Below, piece after piece: positions 62,501-64,000 of a stretch of 64,000 nucleotides of DNA; position 1 is the first letter of the stretch; each line of letters opens with the position of its first letter. The stretch is from a virus (lineage: Duplodnaviria; Caudoviricetes), in IMG/VR virus record IMGVR_UViG_3300005512_000001, positions 277,435-341,434 of that record; one strand, 5' to 3'. Under the pieces are notes generated by a model. The model was not told where the DNA came from, ran no database searches, and was given only the letters and a program-made list of their open reading frames with translations. The position numbers and the translations under genes were made by a program.

Positions 62501-64000
62501 GGTAGGAATTACGGCTGATTTATCAAACAATCCGGTCGATGGGCAAATCATTATAGATTTCAGTGGTACGCGGTTTCAATATTCTGCTGAATTCAATGAG
62601 TGGATTAATATCGGCGGCACAATCGATAGCCAGATTGTAGGCTACAAACAAGATGGCTTAATAACACCAGATATGGCCGGATTGTTAGATGATGGTCGGG
62701 CCGCTGAGATAACAGATTTTAAATTTGTTGATAATACTAATGCGTATTATTATATGTTGAACGCCACAAATGGTTTATTTCGATTTACAGTTGAGAACAA
62801 TACTGTTCGTGCCGAGATTAACCGCAATCGGTTGACCAGGCTCTTGCATGCCAGCCAGTGTGTTGGTCCACAGGGGTTGGATGGTCCGCCAGGAGCACCT
62901 GGTGCTGATGGTCTTCCTGGTCCCAATGAAAAAATTATTATCCCACAGATAGATGGCAATCGCCTATACTTTAGTACTGTTGTCCAAACTCCTATTGACT
63001 CCCCAATATCTGTCAGGCTAATTTTAGATAATACTCAATTATTGGAGATATTATTCTTAGATGGCAGCATTATTTCCATAGACGGTGATGATTTTCCATA
63101 CACTATTATATCTAGTGATGTGTCATATGTAGATGAATTGCTGGATGTGGAGCTGATAATAGATGAGCAATGGGGGAGCGATTGGTTTGCTAAAGCTCGC
63201 CAAGTAGGCCCAACTGGCGCAGGCGGCGAGGATGGCGAACCATTCCTAGAAGTTAATAGGGTTTCCTTGCAAGACCCTATTGTAGTATCAAACAAAGCTA
63301 TCTCATCGCTTAGGGCAGAAAATTCTGACTTATTTTATGCGACACAATATGATATTGAATTATGGCCAACAGCTCATCTAAGGCCCTTTGGTGTTGATAG
63401 CATAAAATTTGAGTCGCCTGCGACCGGGGTGTCGGTTAAATACTCCGCGATTGAACCTACTGTCTCTAATTCGAAAAGTATTTGGCGGTGGCAGTTTGCA
63501 TCATCTAGCACTGCTGTTAGTACCTTATTATTGCCGCAATGGGACCCCGACCCAGCATGTTTGAGGCCGAGTGCAGATGAGGTAATACCAGGCGGAGTCG
63601 AATTTGACTGGTGGAACGCCTATAATATACCGATAAATAATATAAGAGAAGCTGAACAATTAGAAGCTATGTGTTGCCAAGAAGATTTTTTCTTATGCCC
63701 GAACCTCGGCGACTGCCCGATAGTGCCAGTAGTGCCACCACCGGGGCCGCCGCCTGTTCGTAGGTCTTCTAGTTCTAGTGCAGTTAGTAGTTCCAGTAGT
63801 AGTATTGGCTCCTCTAGTTCCAGTTCTGGTATTGCTAGCTCCTCTAGTTCCAGTAGTAGCTCCAGTAGCTCCAGCAGTAGTTCATCGGTCAGTAGTTCTA
63901 GTTCATCGGTCAGTAGTTCTAGTTCATCGGTCAGTAGTTCTAGTTCATCGGTCAGTAGTTCTAGTTCATCGGTCAGTAGTTCTAGTTCATCGGTCAGTAG
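62493..64000 (+). CDS. Tail-fibre-like protein with collagen-like and Ser-rich segments (partial, runs off window)
   Basis: Open frame ..ADLSNNPVDGQII..; GPQGLDGPPGAPGADGLPGP; start GTG 62493 or ATT 62508. Confidence 0.7.
   Translation, partial: MVEVGITADLSNNPVDGQIIIDFSGTRFQYSAEFNEWINIGGTIDSQIVGYKQDGLITPDMAGLLDDGRAAEITDFKFVDNTNAYYYMLNATNGLFRFTVENNTVRAEINRNRLTRLLHASQCVGPQGLDGPPGAPGADGLPGPNEKIIIPQIDGNRLYFSTVVQTPIDSPISVRLILDNTQLLEILFLDGSIISIDGDDFPYTIISSDVSYVDELLDVELIIDEQWGSDWFAKARQVGPTGAGGEDGEPFLEVNRVSLQDPIVVSNKAISSLRAENSDLFYATQYDIELWPTAHLRPFGVDSIKFESPATGVSVKYSAIEPTVSNSKSIWRWQFASSSTAVSTLLLPQWDPDPACLRPSADEVIPGGVEFDWWNAYNIPINNIREAEQLEAMCCQEDFFLCPNLGDCPIVPVVPPPGPPPVRRSSSSSAVSSSSSSIGSSSSSSGIASSSSSSSSSSSSSSSSSVSSSSSSVSSSSSSVSSSSSSVSSSSSSVSSSSSSVS
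63765..64000 (+). repeat. Coding poly-Ser tandem repeat (21-bp TCATCGGTCAGTAGTTCTAGT)
   Basis: Directly visible. Confidence 0.95.

Overview
Segment of a large (jumbo-type) tailed-phage genome using the standard genetic code. About 0-27 kb and 58.6-64 kb hold virion/tail-like genes (acidic, Ser-rich, collagen-like, beta-helix), nucleotide and DNA-modification genes (dUTPase, adenosine deaminase, a nuclease fused to a Mom-like acetyltransferase, a LAGLIDADG-methyltransferase fusion, a DenV-like glycosylase), an unusual large sigma-70-like protein and two tandem 26-aa-repeat proteins. About 28.3-57.8 kb is a tRNA island transcribed in two convergent arms (plus strand to ~50.3 kb, minus strand from ~58 kb). 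I read 41 cloverleaf tRNA genes covering all 20 amino acids, none with encoded CCA, interspersed with small ORFs, HNH genes, NDK, a PNKP-like RNA-repair enzyme, aberrant tRNA-like genes and several structured non-coding spacers. The most striking system is a Ro60 (TROVE/vWA) gene (33755-35065), followed by a ~260-nt closed, kissing-loop ncRNA candidate and a tandem array of five Y-RNA-like genes (35548-36162). These share a covarying Ro-binding stem but carry different payloads: complete circularly permuted tRNAs with intact anticodon loops (UAG, UGU), a lone anticodon hairpin (CAA), a classic T/acceptor/D module, or almost nothing. A prepilin protein with an H-X9-DG-like motif suggests a PVC (e.g. 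Planctomycetota) host. All calls were made by eye, without database searches; coordinates may be off by a base or two.
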